Origin: Eledone cirrhosa
Taxonomy: Eukaryota
Assembly (NCBI GenBank): GCA_964016885.1
Contig: OZ024744.1
Location: 56,296,001-56,360,000 of the forward strand
Length of the DNA stretch: 64,000 nucleotides
Direction: 5' to 3'
The notes beneath the pieces were generated by a model. That model was not told the DNA's origin and made no database searches. It saw only the letters and a program-made list of their open reading frames with translations. A program made the position numbers and the translations under genes. Below are positions 1-13,340 of this stretch, piece by piece (the stretch's first letter is position 1; every line of letters begins with the position of its first letter).

Positions 1-287
1 GCCTGCACCAAAAAGTTTCACCCATCCTTCTTTATTAGATCTTATAGCCCTTCTGAATAACACAATCAGCCTTTGGTAACCCACTAACCTCCAAAAGTCC
101 ACCTGAACATTAATGAACAGTCTTTCCCCATTAAACTAATTTATATATATATATATATTTACAGTGTATATATCACACACACATATATGTGTATACATAT
201 TTTTTTTCTTCTTTGCGAGTCATACCTCCATCGAAGGTAAAGCATTCATTTTTCTTTTTTTAATGGCCATATATATACACACATACA

Positions 288-1063
288 CAGTAGCCAGAGT
301 AAGAATGGAATGGAGAAAGTTCAGGGAGCTACTATCACTGTTAGCTACAAAAGTTTTTTTCCATTAAAAAGAAGGGCAGATTGTACGATGCATGTATACG
401 AACAGCAATGTTGCATGGTAGTGAGACATGGACATTGTGTACAGAGGACCTGAGAAGATTGGAAAGAAATGAAGCATACAAGCTCTGATGGATGTATAAT
501 AACAATATACATGAACAGCAAAGCGTAAATGAACTGAGAGAGAAATTGGGCATAAGAGGGATCAGATGCAGTGTGCAGGAGAGGAGATTGTGTTGGTATG
601 GACATGTGATGTGTATGAAGGATGACAGCTGTATAAAAAGGTGCAGGGCAATCAAAGTTGATGGAAGCTATGGAGAAAGAAGACCCAGGAAGACCAACAT
701 TGTAAAGTGGTCGTGTAGGTGTCACAACAAAAAAACACCCAGTCCACACTGCAAAGTGGTCGTGTAGGTGTCACGACAAAAAGCATCCAGTACAGACTGT
801 AAAGTGGTCGTGTAGGTGTCACGACAAAAAGCATCCAGTACAGACTGTAAAGTGGTCGTGTAGGTGTCACGACAAAAAGCATCCACCACACACTGTAAAT
901 GTGGTTGGCATTAGGAAGGGCATCCAGCCATAGAAACCTAGTCAGAAACAGTTCTATATGAGCAAGACATGGTCACCTGACCCGACTTGCCTCTAATGAG
1001 ACAAACCTGTCTAACACATGTTAGCATGGTAAATGGACATTAAACGATGATGATGATGATGAT
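288..1063 (+). mobile_element. 5'-truncated RTE-clade LINE (family 1): C-terminal ORF2 relic, 3' UTR with four 48-bp repeats, (TGA)n tail
   Basis: Translates to TVARVRMEWRKFRELL ... LGIRGIRCSVQERRLCWYGHVMCM..., as in the longer copies at 41863-43503 and 51681-52142; ends GGACATTAAACGA(TGA)n. Confidence 0.9.
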
Positions 1064-1671
1064 ATAAGTAAAAAACATGAAAAAGACAGTATTAGATTAT
1101 CAATTCTTGGGCTTATAGTATATTAGTATAACACATATAAGAAGTTAGAAAAGAGACTTAATATTTTGGATGCTAGTCCTTCATTCGAAGATAGATATAC
1201 AGAACAGAATAGTTGCTTTGAAGAAGGAAGTAAAAAGGAAAACAGAAAGAATTGAAAACATGTAATTGCTAATCCTATGTAAATTCTAATCAAATATCGA
1301 CTGAAGATAACATCCAGAGATGCTTGCAACATGAAAAACAATTAGTAAAGTGGGCATACTTAAGATCAAAGTCATTCCCCTACAACCCCAGTATTTATAT
1401 TTTTAATTAATTCCAATTCAATGGGTTATCCCCCCTACCTTTCTTGATGAGAATCAGTAATGAATATGCATGATTCGTTCTCCTCTTCCCAGGTATAATT
1501 CTAATTAAAATTTCTTAACTCGCTGTATTAAGTATGCTATTGCCCACTTTGTCATATTGTTGTCATTATCATCAACATCATCATAATTTTATGTCCACTT
1601 TCTATGTTGTCATGATATATATGATTGAATATGTTTTACATCATACAATACACACACTCATGCACACGCAC

Positions 1672-1760
<89 letters not shown>

Positions 1761-1883
1761 ATATATATACATACATACATACAAACACACATATATATAT
1801 ACAAACACAATTTATCTGTTTAAGCAGGAAATCAGACAGTAGCCAAGCCAATATTAAGTAAATATATATATATATATATAAAC

Positions 1884-1917
<34 letters not shown>

Positions 1918-1950
1918 ACAACAACAACAACAATAATAATAATAATAATA

Positions 1951-2875
1951 GTTTCATTTATTGACCACAAGGGCCGACATATAGGGGACAATACAAAAGA
2001 CAGGGACAGTGGAGGTTTAACAACGTGTAAACAATATAAATAACAATAACAAAATAACAATAAAATACAACAAGGAAAATTCCCCAATAGGGGGGGGGGG
2101 GTGACCACCCAGGGTTCACTCAAGTACCCCACCAATCCTGAGCCACCCGATGCTTCGAGAGCACCCAGAACAGGCACCCCTCTCCTCCTCAAATTCACCC
2201 ACTTCAGGTGCATAATCAGAGTAGGCCCACTCACACGGGCTATTCTCGCCACATTCACCCACCTTTCAGCAAATGTAATGGGGGGCAGCACTTGTCTCTC
2301 CACCCTCACCTTCCATTGGCCAAAGAGAAAAGTGTCTGTCTTCAGTCCTTTCAACCTGGTCCACCGGACAGAGCAAAATTGCCTGCCCTTCCTGGCCAAA
2401 AGAAGGGTCGATCTTCACTATGGACTCGGTCGATAACCGGATCCGTTTTACACGCGACAATAGCTGTTTGACATAACTCCACAAATCAGTAATGCACGGA
2501 TACTGGACCAGTGCGTGCAGACGGTTTTGTTGCTCTGCACGCATCTTGGGCAGGTTCTTCTGACAGCACTTCTGTGTCTGTAGAGTTTATATCAAACCGA
2601 CAGTGTTCTCCAGTAGCACTGCCAAGCGAGGCATTTTTTGAAATTATCCATCGTCCCTGGCTCATAAGAGCAGACTGGTTAGTTCGACTTCGTCAACACC
2701 CAGAGCCTCTCCAAGTGCGCTGTCGCACTTGCCCACCGCTAATCCTCTATAGAACTCGAGAGTGGAAGTTCCACTGACCTCATTGCCCACCTGGTAGAGG
2801 GCAGTGAGTGCCTGGTAACATTCCAGATGCCAGTCACCTAGTCTCAGTCTCTTTTTGACCCAGGACTGCATCATA
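1951..2875 (-). mobile_element. 5'-truncated Tx1/L1-clade LINE 3' end (zf-RVT-like C-terminus, 3' UTR, AATAAA, (ATT)n junction)
   Basis: Minus strand reads CPRCVQSNKTV-LHALVQYPCITDLW (frameshifted C-x2-C...H...CP-like finger), then VRWTRLK...FAERWVNV; ends AATAAATGAAAC then (TAT)n/(TGT)n. Confidence 0.75.
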
Positions 2876-5450
2876 TAAAAATTAGGAAATTTAGCAAATA
2901 ACTGCCAAGAAATGTTTTACATTATTAATTCAACCAAACTGAGAACATTTCGTCTTATTTTTTCTTAAATAATATTTACAATGTTTAGAAGAAAAAGTAT
3001 GAAAGAAATTGTATTGTTAGACCAGACTTTTCCAAATTACCAACCACACCTTCGGTATCTTTATACAGTGTAAACAAAGGGAGGAGAAGGAGATGGACTA
3101 AGAACTGTTCTATGAGTGAAGTGAATTCCACAATCTCTGGATAGTAGCCAGGTATGTAAAATCTCAGATGTTTAAAAGTCTAAAAGTCTATGTCGTATCA
3201 ATGGTAGGCTCCTTCTATGTCAAAGTGCTAAGGCATTTCATTTCTGATTACTCATTTCCCATTGTAGTAAATAGGTTTAAAAGGTGTGTAGACATTGCTT
3301 GTGCAGAGTGGCAGCACTGTATAGTGACCATATTTTTCAGGGTTCAAGATGTAATTTGCATTTACCCAAAGTTTTCCTGTGCCCATTTCACTGACAATAT
3401 GAATATCAATTCTTTTTTTAAATACTACTTATAATATTTTTCTTTTTTTCTTCAAAATAGGAGGGGAAAAAAAAGTCAATCACAACTCCTGCCAGAATTG
3501 AGTAGGATTTGAACTCAGAACGCACAGAGTTGGATCAGATACAAAAACATATACTGTCTGGCTTTTTAACAATTCCACAAATCCTCTGAACTAGTACTTT
3601 ATCTATCGACCCTAAAACTTATAAAAGGTAAAGCTAACTTCAGCAGGATTTTAACTCAGAGCACAGAGAGCCTGAACAAATACAGGAGGATTTTAATCCA
3701 ATGTTCTAATGACATAAAACTGGCCCTGCTTCTAAGATACAAAACTGTTTATTTTAAGGTGTTTATATTTATCTAAAAACCTTCCATCATAAATTTATGT
3801 TAAAAATGTTTCAAACACCAGCTAAATAATGAGAAAATTGTATTACAAAATCATTCTAAATTCTTAATTATTTTCAAAATGATTTGAAAATCATCATAGG
3901 CAATGTTTTTCATTAGAAATATGGTAATGAAAAGGTTATTGATAAGATTGTATTTTATAACATGAAAATAGTGTAATGTTTCATTTGAGTTCTAAGTTGT
4001 TGTGTTGTGTCGGAGGTTCCTGTGTAGGAACAAACTACACTTGAGAAAGTTATCAGGAGAGAGTGGCCTTAATGATTCAAGCTAGCACCGGGTGGATTTT
4101 CTACTTTGATATAGAATGGTTGCCAATTCTATGATAGGCAATAGGCAGGAAATGGAACTATAGGACCAACATATCAAGTATTAAATGGTGGAGGGATTAA
4201 TGGAAAAAAATGCTTAAAGCAAATATAAAAAATAAATACATACAGTTAATATTTATTTCCAAGAGGTAGTGTGAATAAGTATACATATATGTTTGACTGT
4301 TCAATATATGTCATCACCACCGTTTAATGTCCATTTTTCCATGCTAGCATGGGTTAGACGAGTTGTCCTATTGTGAGACAAGTCAGATCAGGTGACTGTG
4401 TCTTGCTCATACATATATATGTGTGTGTGTTGTATACATATATGCATATACATCTATAATATCTACTACCCATTTCTCTCTATATATATAAATATATAAA
4501 TATACAACAATTGTGTGTATGTGTGTTTATATATATATAAAACACATACACACAATTGTTATAGTTTGTAGAACCCAATACAGTGTAAATTTAATATATT
4601 CATAAGAATATTTAAAATTTAAAATTTTGCACTATTAGAGTTTCACCTGAAAGATTGCAGAGTATGAAACGCAAGTGGTAAAGAAAATCTTATTTTATAT
4701 GTATATATATTATACATCTATGTCTGTGTGTGTGTAGACACACACATATATATACCTATATATATGTATATATACTTAGGCTTCTGTCATCAAAAGCCTA
4801 CATCTTGTACTGCTGCTATATATATATAAATAAAGATAGGTAAAATCCTTAGCGCTGCACCAAGCAGCTTAGTGCTGCAGTCAGGATTTTACCTATTCTG
4901 CATCTCCCCATGCATTGAGTACTCCCATGATTAGTGATCTCCTCAGACTTAGCACCGTAAATTCTTTCTATATATAAATGTAAGTGTTGTGTGTGTGTGC
5001 AAGTGTATGTATGTATGTATGCATCTATGCATGCATGATGTACATATATATATAATGTGTGTTTGTGTATATACATATATATATATATATGTACACATAC
5101 ACTCACACATATATATGTACACACACACACATACACACATATATATACATATACCTATATATATATATATATAGAAGAAATTCAAAAATTACTATTTAAA
5201 ATAAATTCAGACAATAGAATTAGAAACATGATAATTCTTTCTAACATTGCCAAAGGCCAGAAATTTGGGGCATTGTGAAGTTAATTATATCGGCCCCAGT
5301 AGGATAAAAGGCAAAATTAACCTCAGATGGATTTGAAATCAGAATGTAAAGTGTCAGAATAAATAAAGCAAAGGCATTTTGTCCGATTCTATAATGATTC
5401 AACCAATCCAATAACAACAACAGCAATAATAATAATAATAATAATAATAA

Positions 5451-5634
5451 TTGTTTCTACTTTTGGCACAAGGCCAGCAATTACCCAGTACATTACTGGT
5501 ACTTTATTTTATCGACCCTGTAAGGATGAAAGGCAAAGTTAACCTCGGCGCGATTTGAACTCAGAATGGCAAGGAGCGTAACTCTTCACATCAAAGCATA
5601 GTGTCCAACCCTCTACCGATACTGCCAATCCACC
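5451..5634 (-). mobile_element. tRNA-derived SINE family A (representative copy; Meta-like central domain, (ATT)n tail)
   Basis: Box B GAGTTCAAATC, core GCCTTTCATCCTTACAGGGTCGATAAAATAAAGTACCAG, tail GGCCTTGTGCC...GAAACAATTATT. Other minus copies at about 3475-3715, 5255-5410, 6700-6820, 7053-7220, 7813-8020, 8145-8360, 18389-18597, 33180-33385, 47892-48025, 48407-48533. Confidence 0.85.
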
Positions 5635-5944
5635 TAATAATGAATAATAATGTTATAAAGCCATAACAAAAATTTTACCAATAATTAATAAAAAAAAAGT
5701 TGACATGTACCTGAGAGAAAGCCAAAATAATAGCCATAAAGTTAGAAAATTATTATTATAATTATTATTTTATATTGTCATGAGATAAACATTTCCAAAT
5801 AATATTAATTCTGAAGGAGGTAGAATGCTTCCATTATTTTATTTTCACCTTTTTTCTTTTTTAAAGGACGGACTCTTTTAGAGAAAAAAATGGCTATATA
5901 AGACATTGGAATTAACCTCTTTTTTGACAATGAATGTTCTAGGT

Positions 5945-6362
5945 GTTTGATTAACGGAACAGCCTGCTCAATAGATTAACATGTAAGTAGTGGTTTACAC
6001 ATAGACATCTGTACTCTTAACATAATTCTCAGAGATTCTGAATGACACAATGTGTGTCATAGTTGGCCCTTTGGGTTCCAAGTAGTCCATTTTGTATTAT
6101 AATTTAAGTGGCTGAGTATTCCCATAACATAATTATCAGAGAAATTCAGTGTGATATAATATGTAAGAAATCTGGTCCTTTGAATTACAGGTACAATCAA
6201 TCCGACAGGCTTCCACACAGCTTCCATCTGCCTAACTTCACTCACAAGGCTTAGGTCAATATAAGGCTATGGTAAATGACAATTACCCAAGACACCATAC
6301 AGTGGAATCAAGCACAGGACCATATGACTGCAAATCAAACTTCTTAACCATTCAGTCATACT
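5945..6362 (-). mobile_element. Old degenerate tRNA-headed SINE with CORE-like segment
   Basis: Minus strand starts ATGACTGAATGGTTAAGAAG (box A-like), has a degenerate box B, then GTCTTGGGTAATTGTCATTT resembling CORE CCTTGGGCAAGTCACTT. Confidence 0.45.
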
Positions 6363-6820
6363 GCATCTCTGCATCTACTATAAAATAGTATGAGAACAAG
6401 AAAAGAACAATGAGAGAGAGAGGGGAGGGGTAAGACAAAATCCATAAAAAAAGTGAAAGCTGAGAGAAAATGAGAGACAGAAAGAAGTCAAAATGTCTTT
6501 TCCTTAACCAAAACTTCTTTAAAAGAAAGTATTTATTATATATTTTAAGTTTAATTTTGGTTCATATTTATTTTAATTTCATTAAGATAATTTAGGATAG
6601 TTTAGTTAACCTTTAGTAAAATGATCAATGATAGCTTTGCAAATTATTGACAAGATAATAACATGATTGATTATTTGGTAAAACAATTGATACTTTAGGG
6701 TTTCTAATTTAGGCACATGACCAACAATTAGGGGTAAGGGGAAAAGTCAATCAAATCAAGCCCTCTACGTGACTGGTACATTATTTTATTGACGTTGCGA
6801 GGATGAAAGGCAAAGTTGAT

Positions 6821-7052
6821 CGGCAAGAGACCCAGGGGTAGATACCATCCATGAGCTTGGCTGGTCTCACTTGGGGGTCCAGCCGGATCAGTTGGAGACG
6901 ACTGCTTCAGACAGAACCTGCGGGAAGGAGTGTTTGAGGACTCTGCTTCCACGACCCTCTCAGGAATAAGGAGGAGGAGGAGGAGGAGGAGGAGGAGAAG
7001 AAGAAGAAGAAGAAGAAGAAGAAGAAGAAGAAGAAGAAGAAGGAGGAGGAGG
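6821..7052 (+). mobile_element. 3' end of RTE-clade LINE family 2 with (AGG)/(AAG)n tail, adjoining a truncated SINE A
   Basis: CATCCATGAGCTTGGCTGGTC...ACCCTCTCAGGAATAA is shared with 21520-21590 and 31400-31548. Confidence 0.75.
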
Positions 7053-7254
7053 ATTGTTTCTACTTTAGGCACAAGGCCAGCAATTTGAAGGAGGTGGGAA
7101 GTCGATTAAATCAACCCCATAAGGATGAAAGGCAAAGCTAATCTCAGCATTATTTGAACTCAAAACGCAAAGGGCTGTAACTCTATGAAGTATGGTATCC
7201 TACATTCTACCAATACTGATATTAATAATGATAATATTTTCTGATTTAATGTCC

Positions 7255-7811
7255 CACCACCCTCCACCCCACCCACACCGCCCCTTCCAACGTAAAGTTA
7301 TGTTGGTCCCACAACATCCAGGCCGAAACAAATGAGATCGTGTAGGTGTCACGACAAAAAACACACAGTCCACGCTGTAAATGTGGCCGTGTAGGCAACA
7401 CGGTAAAAACCTCCCAGCCCCACACTGTAAATGTGGTTGGTGTTAGGAAGGGCATCCAGCTGTAGAAAACCCGCCAGACAGTCCACGCTGTAATGTGGCC
7501 GTGTAGGCAACACGGTAAAAACCTCCCAGCCCCACACTGTAAATGTGGTTGGTGTTAGGAAGGGCATCCAGCTGTAGAAAACCCGCCAGACAGTCCACGC
7601 TGTAATGTGGCCGTGTAGGCAACACGGTAAAAACCTCCCAGTCCCACACTGTAAATGTGGTTGGTGTTAGGAAGGGCATCCAACTGTAGAAAACCCGCCA
7701 GACAGTCCTATGCGAGCAAGACAACCACTCTTGCCTCAAGTGGGAAAACCCCCGTCCAAACCCATGCAAGCGTGGAACACGGACGCTAAACCTGATGATG
7801 ATGATGATGAT
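7255..7811 (+). repeat. RTE family 1 3' UTR fragment with about three 112-bp tandem repeats
   Basis: CAGTCCACGCTGTAA recurs at 7366, 7479 and 7591; ends GGACGCTAAACC(TGA)n. Confidence 0.85.
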
Positions 7812-9734
7812 GTTTCTGATTTTGGCATAAGGCCAACATTTTTTGGGGAAGGGATAAATCAATTAAATCGACACCGGTGCATTACTGATACTTTATTGTA
7901 TTGACCACATAAGGATGAAAGGCAAAACTAACCTTGGTGGGATTTGAACTCAGAACGTGTAGGGCCGTAACTCTATGCCACTAAGCATGTTGTCCGACGC
8001 TCTATCGATACTACTATTTTGTAGGGGAAAGAAGAGTTGATTAAATCCACTGCAGTACATCGACATTAGAGGAATGAGTGTCAAAATCAACCTAGGCACA
8101 ACATTTTGTCCAACACTCTACCAACTCCAACATTTAATTATAATTTGTAATATAGGCACATGAGCATGCATTTTGAGAAGGGGAAGGACAGCTGATTAAA
8201 TTGACCCCAGTGCATGACTGGTACTATATTTTATCAACACCGGAAGATGTAAAGGCAAAGTCAGCCTCCACAGGGTTTTTTTAGACCTCAGAACATTATT
8301 GCAACTAAATACTGAAAGGCATTTTGTCCAATGCTCTACCAATTCGGAGAGTCCACCACTATTAATTATATTAAATGTGGAACTACCATTTCTGTCACAC
8401 GTTCACCCTCATAATACTACAAGACATTCCACCTGACTCTATACTAACTTTGTCAATCAACCACAAGTAAGAACATTTCGTTTTGTTATTTTATCAATTT
8501 CAAAAGGATGAATGACTAAGTTAAACCTGATATGAATTAAACTCCAAAACTTATAGAGACATTCTTAATACTACATCATTAGAATATAAATATATTACAG
8601 TCTTATATAGCTTCAGAAGGCTGCTATGCATCCCATACAAAGTCTGTTCTAAGGCTCATCTGGTTGGAGCTTATTACTGAGAGTACAAGATTCTCCCTGG
8701 ATAGGATGCCAGTCTATTGCATGAAGAACTACCCAACTACTGCTAGTACTCAATAGACTGCTCAATAGGCAGGAACCACTCCTTGCAACATTAAAAAGAC
8801 TAAAGCTACCCTAGTATGGTCATATACTTTGCTACGATTCTCTAACCAAAACCATTTTCCAGAGTACAAAGAAAATCCTGGTCCAACATCAAGGACTAGA
8901 CAGGTAACAAAACTGCAACACTTCTGTGACCAATAGAGGACAGAGATCAACAGTAATGGTTGACTGCCAGAATGTCTAGAGTGGCATCCCAACAACTGGC
9001 TGTGCCAGTTACAGAAAGATGATGATGATAAAATCTTCAATCTATACATTGAAGGGATAGTTTATATTTCAAAAGCATAGACAATTTTACAAGACTTTCA
9101 TTTATAATGGAAAATATAATTAAAACAGAAAAAAAAAAAATGCTTCTGCAAACTTCTTTTCATACTAAAGAATATATATTTTAACATTTTCATTTATTTG
9201 TCTAAAATAAATATTTTTTTTTAAATCTAACTTTTGCAGAACGATCTCCAAGAGGGAATTCAATCTAAACAGTATGTACACCACTTGGACACAGGCTGAG
9301 GCTTGATCAATTACCTCATGTCACCTGGATGAGGGTGTATGTTGTAAGATCTTCAGAAACACTAAAGATTCCAGGATACAACACTGATGATGTCCAAGTA
9401 TCTGTATCTGTAATTAGGTCATCTGAGGGAGGATATCTGTGGTTATATCTAAATCACTCATTGACTCAAAAATATAATACTAATGATGTGTCCAAGTATT
9501 TGTACCCATACGTGTATAAAGAGCATGAACTTACAGTGGTGCATTTCTATTAAAACAAACATATAAGTATAGTATTTTAATCTATTCTTTTTTTCTGTAT
9601 TCTGTATCCTTAAAATTTTAAGATATAATATTTCTTGGTGTATAAAACTAATTTACCCAAAAGTCTTAAACCAAATTCTGCTTGTGTCCTACATACAGAA
9701 GATATGAATAAATTATTATTAATAATAATAATAA

Positions 9735-9947
9735 TGGTTTCTGATTTAGGCACAAGGCCAACAATTTTGGGGGAGGGGAAAGTCGATTAAATTGACCCCA
9801 GTGCATTACTGGTGCTTTATTTTATCAACCCTGTAAGGATGAAAGGCAAAGCTAACCTCAGTGGAATTTGAACTCAGAACGTAGAGGGCCATAACTCTAT
9901 GCTGCAAAGCATGTTGTCTGACGCTCTACCAACACTGCCAATCCACC
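9735..9947 (-). mobile_element. SINE family A, full length
   Basis: Same head, core and tail as 5451-5634; abuts an (AAT)n run. Confidence 0.85.
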
Positions 9948-10299
9948 CCCCCTCCAATTAATAATATATGTATACAATACACAAACAATGTATATATATA
10001 TAGATGTATAAGACATACATATATTGGTTAATTTTAATACCTAATCAACACCAATACTGATATTTTTCTTTTAAAAAAAATAGCACTTTACATTATTCTC
10101 TCATTTGTAAAAAAAACAACAAAGCAACCAATTATAGATGTAGATGAAAGTATTAGTAAATATATAACAATTGTAGCTCAATATGGCACAAAATAATTTT
10201 TTGAGCTCTTTTAGGCCTGAAACAATGAAAAAAATATCATGTACAATAAAAATGTATTAAATTATAACTTTTCCCCCAAATTCTTTTCCTTCAAAATAA

Positions 10300-10665
10300 G
10301 AGTGTATCTTATACACCAGTGTTATATCTTATACACCAGATTGTCTTATATATATCAGGGTGTCTTATATACTAGTGTGTTATACACCAGAGTGTCTTAT
10401 ACAACAGTATGTTTTATAAATCAGTATGTCTTATATACAAGAGTGCCATACACACCGGTGTCTTATACAACAGTATGGCTTATATACAGCAGTGTTTCAT
10501 ATACTCAAGTGTACCTTATACACCAGTATGTCTCATGCAGCAGTGTGTCTTATACATCAGTGTATCTCATGTACATCAGTGTCTCATGCAGTAGTGTATC
10601 TTATACAACTGAGGGTCTTATACACCAAAATGTCTTCCACAACAGCGTATTTTATACACCAATAT
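10300..10665. repeat. Degenerate minisatellite, about 18-21-bp unit (GTGTCTTATACACCAG-like)
   Basis: Repeated GTGT(A/C)TCTTATAC motifs; explains the VSYT-repeat ORF 10239-10769. Confidence 0.85.
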
Positions 10666-11881
10666 GTATGGTGTTTGAAATCAAGTATATTTTTATGAAG
10701 CCTCTAAATGTTAAAGTATTAACGCATACTGTATTTCAATTAATTATTGAAAATAGAGAGATTTATTAAATTATTAATTATTTCATTAAGATAGTATTTG
10801 TAACAAATATTTATTACATAAAATTATGTTGGAAAATTTCAATTTAAATAGAAACACTTTAAAATAGGAGGTTTTGTTTTGTAGAACCAGAAGAGGTTTT
10901 GGGCAGGTTGGTATCAAAACAGTTAAAATTTTAGTTTCATATTTAAAAACTAGGTTAAGTTTTGATAGGGAAGGCATCTAATAAAGTAAATCTACATCAC
11001 TATATTACTAGTATCCATTTTAACAATGAAAATAAAGATTTTTTTTTCTTGTTTTAACCCTTGTTTTAAGTTAACTTCAGCTTTATTATTAGCTATTAGT
11101 TCATCAAAGCTATTTCATCACATACTCTGTGACCTCCAAAATAATTGGATTGAGGGCATCACACTTGAAAAGGAATCTTACCAGGTGGGATGGTTGATGC
11201 AGTAAGCATTGCTGGCTGTTCTATGAGGCATTGCTTTCACTAACTTGTCTGTAGTGAAGAGCTGAGACATACCATACAAGGGTATAGAGTTTGTCCCTTC
11301 CACATGACTCTGCCTCTTTTCATTTTTTCTTTATCCTTCTTTTTTTCTTTCTTTTTGTTATTATGAAGACAAAATATCTATAATTTTAGGGTTGAATTTG
11401 TCTCCTAGGTTGAAATTATAGAAATAATTGGATTAGATTTAAATATTCATGTTTAAGTTCTTCCAGTTAAAGAATAGGAAGGCAAGGAGTAATGAATGGG
11501 GAAAAAAGCTATATTTTTGTTGTTGCTTTTTTGTTTTGTTTTGATTTTTTTCACTTTTTTTTTTAGTTTTAAATATTTAAAAAAAAAGCTACAAAAATAA
11601 AATACCAGTCCTTGCAAAAAACTGATAGCACAACCGTAAATAAATAATATATATGGAAACATGAAATCGCAAAATAATTAATGGCTGCCAAAAAAAAAAA
11701 TATTATAATAAAAAATATCTTCTATAGATTGTCTTTGCTTTTTTATGTACTATTTCTTTTTTTTTTTCTTGCAGAAAAAATTCCATCTGGCGGTTTGCAT
11801 GTATGTACGTGTGTGTATATATATATATGTGTGTGTGTGTGTGTATGTATATATATATATACACATACATACATATATATA

Positions 11882-12575
11882 GTTATATTTAGGGATGGTT
11901 ATTTTGCCAATTTTTCCAATAAAAACACATACACTCTTCTATTTCAACTTCAGCTTTATTATTAGCTATTAGTTAGTTCATCAAAGCTCTTTCATCACAT
12001 ACTCTGTAACCTCCTAAATAACTATTTATTCTTCTACTCTGTGTCTCCTCTTCTTTTTGGTCTTAATCCATTTACTTCATCTTGTCTGTCTGAGGTATGT
12101 TTTTTCGCCTGTACATCCGTTTTCACCTGTGCCTCTGTGTGCCTATGTGTTTGGCATGTGTATATGTGTAGATTTTTATATTGCACTGTTTGTATTTGTG
12201 TCTTCCTTTTTTTTTCCTCATGTGGCTTATTCTGTCTTCAGTCGTTAGGTTGTGGGGTGGGGTGTTACTATACCATTCTTGTTTTCTGTTGAGGCTCAGT
12301 CTACTTTCTACTATGTGTGTGGCCTCTGTCATTTGTCTGAGTATTGTGTTGGTTCTCTGCGTGGATAGGATCTTACTTCTATGATATTCATCGAGCCCCC
12401 ATGTGTGACAAAAGAATTTTGATGAACTAACTATTAACTAATAATATAGCTGAAGTGAAAATCGAATCATGCGTGTGTTTTTATTGGCAAAAAGACCATC
12501 CCTAAATATAACAATATTTGTTTCACACATGATTTCACATCAAGATTCTCGCAAAACAAATACATAAACACATAT
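11882..12575. mobile_element. Fold-back Penelope-like pLTR derivative (family F1) in (TA)n
   Basis: 11882-12005 is an inverted copy of 12401-12512, and the right arm continues into a unique tail. Same family at 11070-11140, 31590-32725 and 44095-44200. Confidence 0.65.
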
Positions 12576-12623
12576 ATATATATATATATTCACACAAATA
12601 TCCACCCCCCCCATATGTATATA

Positions 12624-12680
12624 ACATTTCTGAGAACAATTTGTTTCACCTCAAACGGATCATCAGCTTGGTTTAAATGC
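12624..12680 (-). ncRNA. Degenerate type I hammerhead ribozyme
   Basis: Minus strand: ...CCAAG CUGAUGA UCC-GUUUGA-GGU GAAA CAAAUUGUU CUCAGAAAUGU; near-palindromic stem III, imperfect stems I and II. Confidence 0.5.
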
Positions 12681-13306
12681 ATATATATATATATATATAA
12701 AGCATCATAGCCAGTAAAAGAATTGTGTGTAAAAGGTTCAGCAAGCTAGAATCTCTGCTAACACCAGAGGGATTTTTTCTCTCTGAGCAATGTAGAGATT
12801 ATATGATGCCAACATATTAAGTGTGATGTTACATAGCAGTGAGACATGAGCATTGAATGCAGAGGATGTGTAAAGATTAAAAAGAAACAAGACTACCTAT
12901 GCTCTACTGGATGTGTAATGTTGGTGTACATAAAAAACGAAGTACAGGAAAAACTGGGTATAATAGGAATTAAGTGCAGTATGCAGGACTGCACTGGTAT
13001 GCACAGAGATGAGAATTGTTGAGTGACGAAATATTAGAAATTCAAAGAGGAAAAAAGCTGCAAAAGACAAAGGAAAACTAGGAAAGAAAGTGAGGAAGAC
13101 TTGCCCAAACAATGGGAGCATGACAAAATGCACCTAGTAGATGGCGTAAAGAGGCTGGCATTAAAAAGGACATCTAGCTGTAAAAATCATGTTAAACTGC
13201 AATGTATGAGTGGAAATGGTTATCTAACATGTCTAGTCTCAGATCATGACACCCTGTCCAACAAATGCCAACGTGTGTGGAAAGCAAAAATAAAATGAAA
13301 ATGATG

Positions 13307-13337
<31 letters not shown>

Positions 13338-13340
<3 letters not shown>

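Noticed and set aside
700-895. CRISPR-like array of short hairpin repeats
   Set aside because: Units are contiguous 48-bp tandem repeats with no unique spacers, lie inside an RTE 3' UTR, and there are no cas genes.
1534-1861. Many short ORFs rich in YI/HT/CV/poly-V/poly-F (also near 5 kb, 14.7 kb, 26.3 kb, 34.6 kb and 46.8 kb)
   Set aside because: They are translations of stop-free microsatellites.
2988-3151. Possible plus-strand exon (TTTAG...CAG|GTATGT)
   Set aside because: All three frames contain stops, so it is not supportable as a coding exon.
4640-4685. Hammerhead-like CTGAAAGA...GAAACGCAA (similarly weak motifs at about 45690-45733 and 57780-57870)
   Set aside because: Core or NUH site is too degenerate to call.
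10239-10769. 176-aa ORF with VSYT repeats
   Set aside because: Product of a degenerate minisatellite; no domain is recognisable.
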